Shown here: piece after piece, positions 30,872 through 32,000 of the stretch
How the letters are laid out: every line of letters starts with the position of its first letter
Position numbering within the stretch: the first letter of the stretch is position 1
Assembly (NCBI GenBank): GCA_964480775.1
Contig: CAYZRF010000017.1
Location: 1 to 32,000 of the forward strand
From: an uncultured Nitrososphaerota archaeon
GTDB lineage: Archaea > Korarchaeota > Korarchaeia > Korarchaeales > Korarchaeaceae
Direction: 5' to 3'
Length of the DNA stretch: 32,000 nt
Program-made: the position numbers and the translations under genes
Notes under the pieces: generated by a model
Told to the model about the DNA's origin: nothing
The model's input: the letters and a program-made list of their open reading frames with translations, nothing else
The model's database searches: none

Positions 30872-32000
30872 GTTTTGACACCTTCCTTATTACAGCCTTC
30901 TTGGCTACTATCTTCACATTTTTCAACGTTATCCGAAAACCTCCAGCTCCGGCTGGCAACTCCATGAGCTCCCCAATTTCTGGAGCTCCTTCAACAGCTT
31001 CCGCTGCAAGCTCTTCCATCTCCTTCCATCTTTCAACTACGGGGTGATTTCTCTCCTTGAGGAATTCTTTCAGTTCCTCTACGTTCGTGGCATCCTTTTC
31101 TGTGGCTATTTTCCCAATTAGATGGGAGGGGACGAAGTCCTTCACTCTTTCTAGGACCTCGGAGGGAACCCAAACAACTCTTTCCCACCCTCCGTCTGCC
31201 TGTAAGAACTTTGGAGAACGCATATACTCTATGGAAATTCCATGGAACCCATCAACCTGCCTACCACCTGCTGTAGAGTCAGCTATTGTCGTGAACTTCA
31301 ATCCGTTTACGGTTTCACCTCTAAATCCCCTATGAACAATTCCAAAACCATCAACTTCAGGTATATAGAAAGCTGCAGCCTCAAAGCACCCGCAGGATGT
31401 GTGTGGATACCCGAAGGCAGTATAAAGCCAGACTCTTTTAATTGCTCCAAGGGATTTCTTCTTCACAGCTTCATTAACTCCAGTGTACTCTCCTTTGATG
31501 GGATCCAAGCACTCTCCTTTTTCCATAGGAAAGAGAGGTCCTTTTGGATCGACTCTCGCTGAAGCTCTGGCATCAAACCAGCTTATCGCTCCACAATTTG
31601 AATATCTTTGGGGAGTTATGACGCAAACATGGGTTGGGGCGAAGGACTGGCAAAGAGAACAACCGTAAAACATGTCGACCTCTTCATCCTTAAGTCCTCT
31701 TGCCCTTGCATCTCTAGCCTCGTAGATCTCAAGTGCCTCCTTGTATCTCTTCTCAACCTCTTCTGGATCTGTTATGAAGGTTATCTGCATCTTCTCGATT
31801 ATAGGTAGTTCGCTTTTGAATAGCCTTTCCAAAACCTTTCCAATTATCTTAAAGGACGTAAGTCCCTTCTTATATGAACTTTTGCTGATTCTTATCCATA
31901 TGTCATATCTCTGGTTTAGATGCATGACTCCTTCTATGTAATTCGTATACTCATGAATCCTACGCTCTATTACTCCCTCTAAATCCTTCTCTATTTGTTT
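30849..32000 (-). CDS. cdhC: Acetyl-CoA decarbonylase/synthase beta subunit (A-cluster acetyl-CoA synthase), 5'-partial (continues past the window end)
   Basis: A-cluster motifs CSLCQSFAPTHVCVITPQRYSNCG and PHTSCGCFEAAAF (Cys-Gly-Cys Ni site). The minus-strand frame stays open upstream of the track's ATG at 31925 through base 32000 (KQIEKDLEGVIERRIHEYTNYIEGV-MHLNQR), and that stretch is itself conserved ACS sequence. The true start therefore lies outside the window. Confidence 0.9.
   Translation of the reverse strand, partial: KQIEKDLEGVIERRIHEYTNYIEGVMHLNQRYDIWIRISKSSYKKGLTSFKIIGKVLERLFKSELPIIEKMQITFITDPEEVEKRYKEALEIYEARDARARGLKDEEVDMFYGCSLCQSFAPTHVCVITPQRYSNCGAISWFDARASARVDPKGPLFPMEKGECLDPIKGEYTGVNEAVKKKSLGAIKRVWLYTAFGYPHTSCGCFEAAAFYIPEVDGFGIVHRGFRGETVNGLKFTTIADSTAGGRQVDGFHGISIEYMRSPKFLQADGGWERVVWVPSEVLERVKDFVPSHLIGKIATEKDATNVEELKEFLKERNHPVVERWKEMEELAAEAVEGAPEIGELMELPAGAGGFRITLKNVKIVAKKAVIRKVSKHGKGEKS

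Noticed and set aside
30849-31925. The ORF-track start (MHLNQRY...) for cdhC
   Set aside because: The frame stays open upstream to base 32000. The upstream residues (…ERRIHEYTNYIEGV) belong to the conserved ACS sequence. The ATG at 31925 is an internal Met, so the gene is reported as 5'-partial.
1-32000. Search by eye for CRISPR arrays, transposases or integrases, toxin-antitoxin pairs, restriction or defence genes, rRNA and tRNA genes, C/D-box sRNAs and in-frame stop recoding (Sec/Pyl)
   Set aside because: I found no regularly spaced repeats, no recombinase-like ORFs and no structured-RNA signatures I could support. TGATGA/CTGA box combinations occur only inside coding regions or without proper spacing. 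None of the recognised genes is interrupted by an in-frame stop. This absence is by manual inspection only, not by covariance-model search.

Overview
The window is a densely packed, AT-leaning (by eye, not computed), archaeal-type metabolic region. I saw no rRNA, tRNA, CRISPR array, transposase or integrase. All calls rest on motif and family recognition from the translations; no search was run.

Gene content, left to right:
- A partial lipoate-protein ligase, found by my own translation and absent from the ORF track.
- A small membrane protein.
- A GcvH-like lipoyl carrier, divergent from a fused cytochrome-b (NarI/DsrM/HdrE-like) plus HdrD/DsrK-like CCG iron-sulfur protein.
- A polytopic-membrane-anchored tandem AAA+ (Cdc48-like) ATPase.
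- A SAM methyltransferase.
- An acyl-CoA dehydrogenase convergent with etfBA.
- A short HdrA divergent from hdrCB.
- A beta-oxidation operon: thiolase, DUF35, 3-hydroxyacyl-CoA dehydrogenase, enoyl-CoA hydratase.
- A 4xCBS protein.
- An F420/H4MPT island: mtd, an MFS transporter, a CofE-like protein, a CooT-like protein, an unknown 101-aa protein, and mer.
- A same-strand run of cdhC (partial, runs off the window end), cdhD, cdhE, a RACo-type corrinoid activator, cooC, and an FrhB/FpoF-like F420 iron-sulfur flavoprotein.

Most interesting observations:
1. LplA, a lipoyl carrier, a membrane HdrED/EMO-like protein, EtfAB, short HdrA and HdrCB all lie within 14 kb. This resembles the parts list of lipoate-dependent sHdr systems, but here it sits in a Wood-Ljungdahl/beta-oxidation context.
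2. ACAD, EtfAB and HdrABC are adjacent, which makes a candidate flavin-based electron bifurcation or confurcation module.
3. The tandem AAA+ ATPase is membrane-embedded, has a degenerate D2 pore loop, and carries a sharply bounded 42-nt perfect in-frame internal repeat.
4. Ni, corrinoid and F420 accessory genes are gathered around the ACDS genes.
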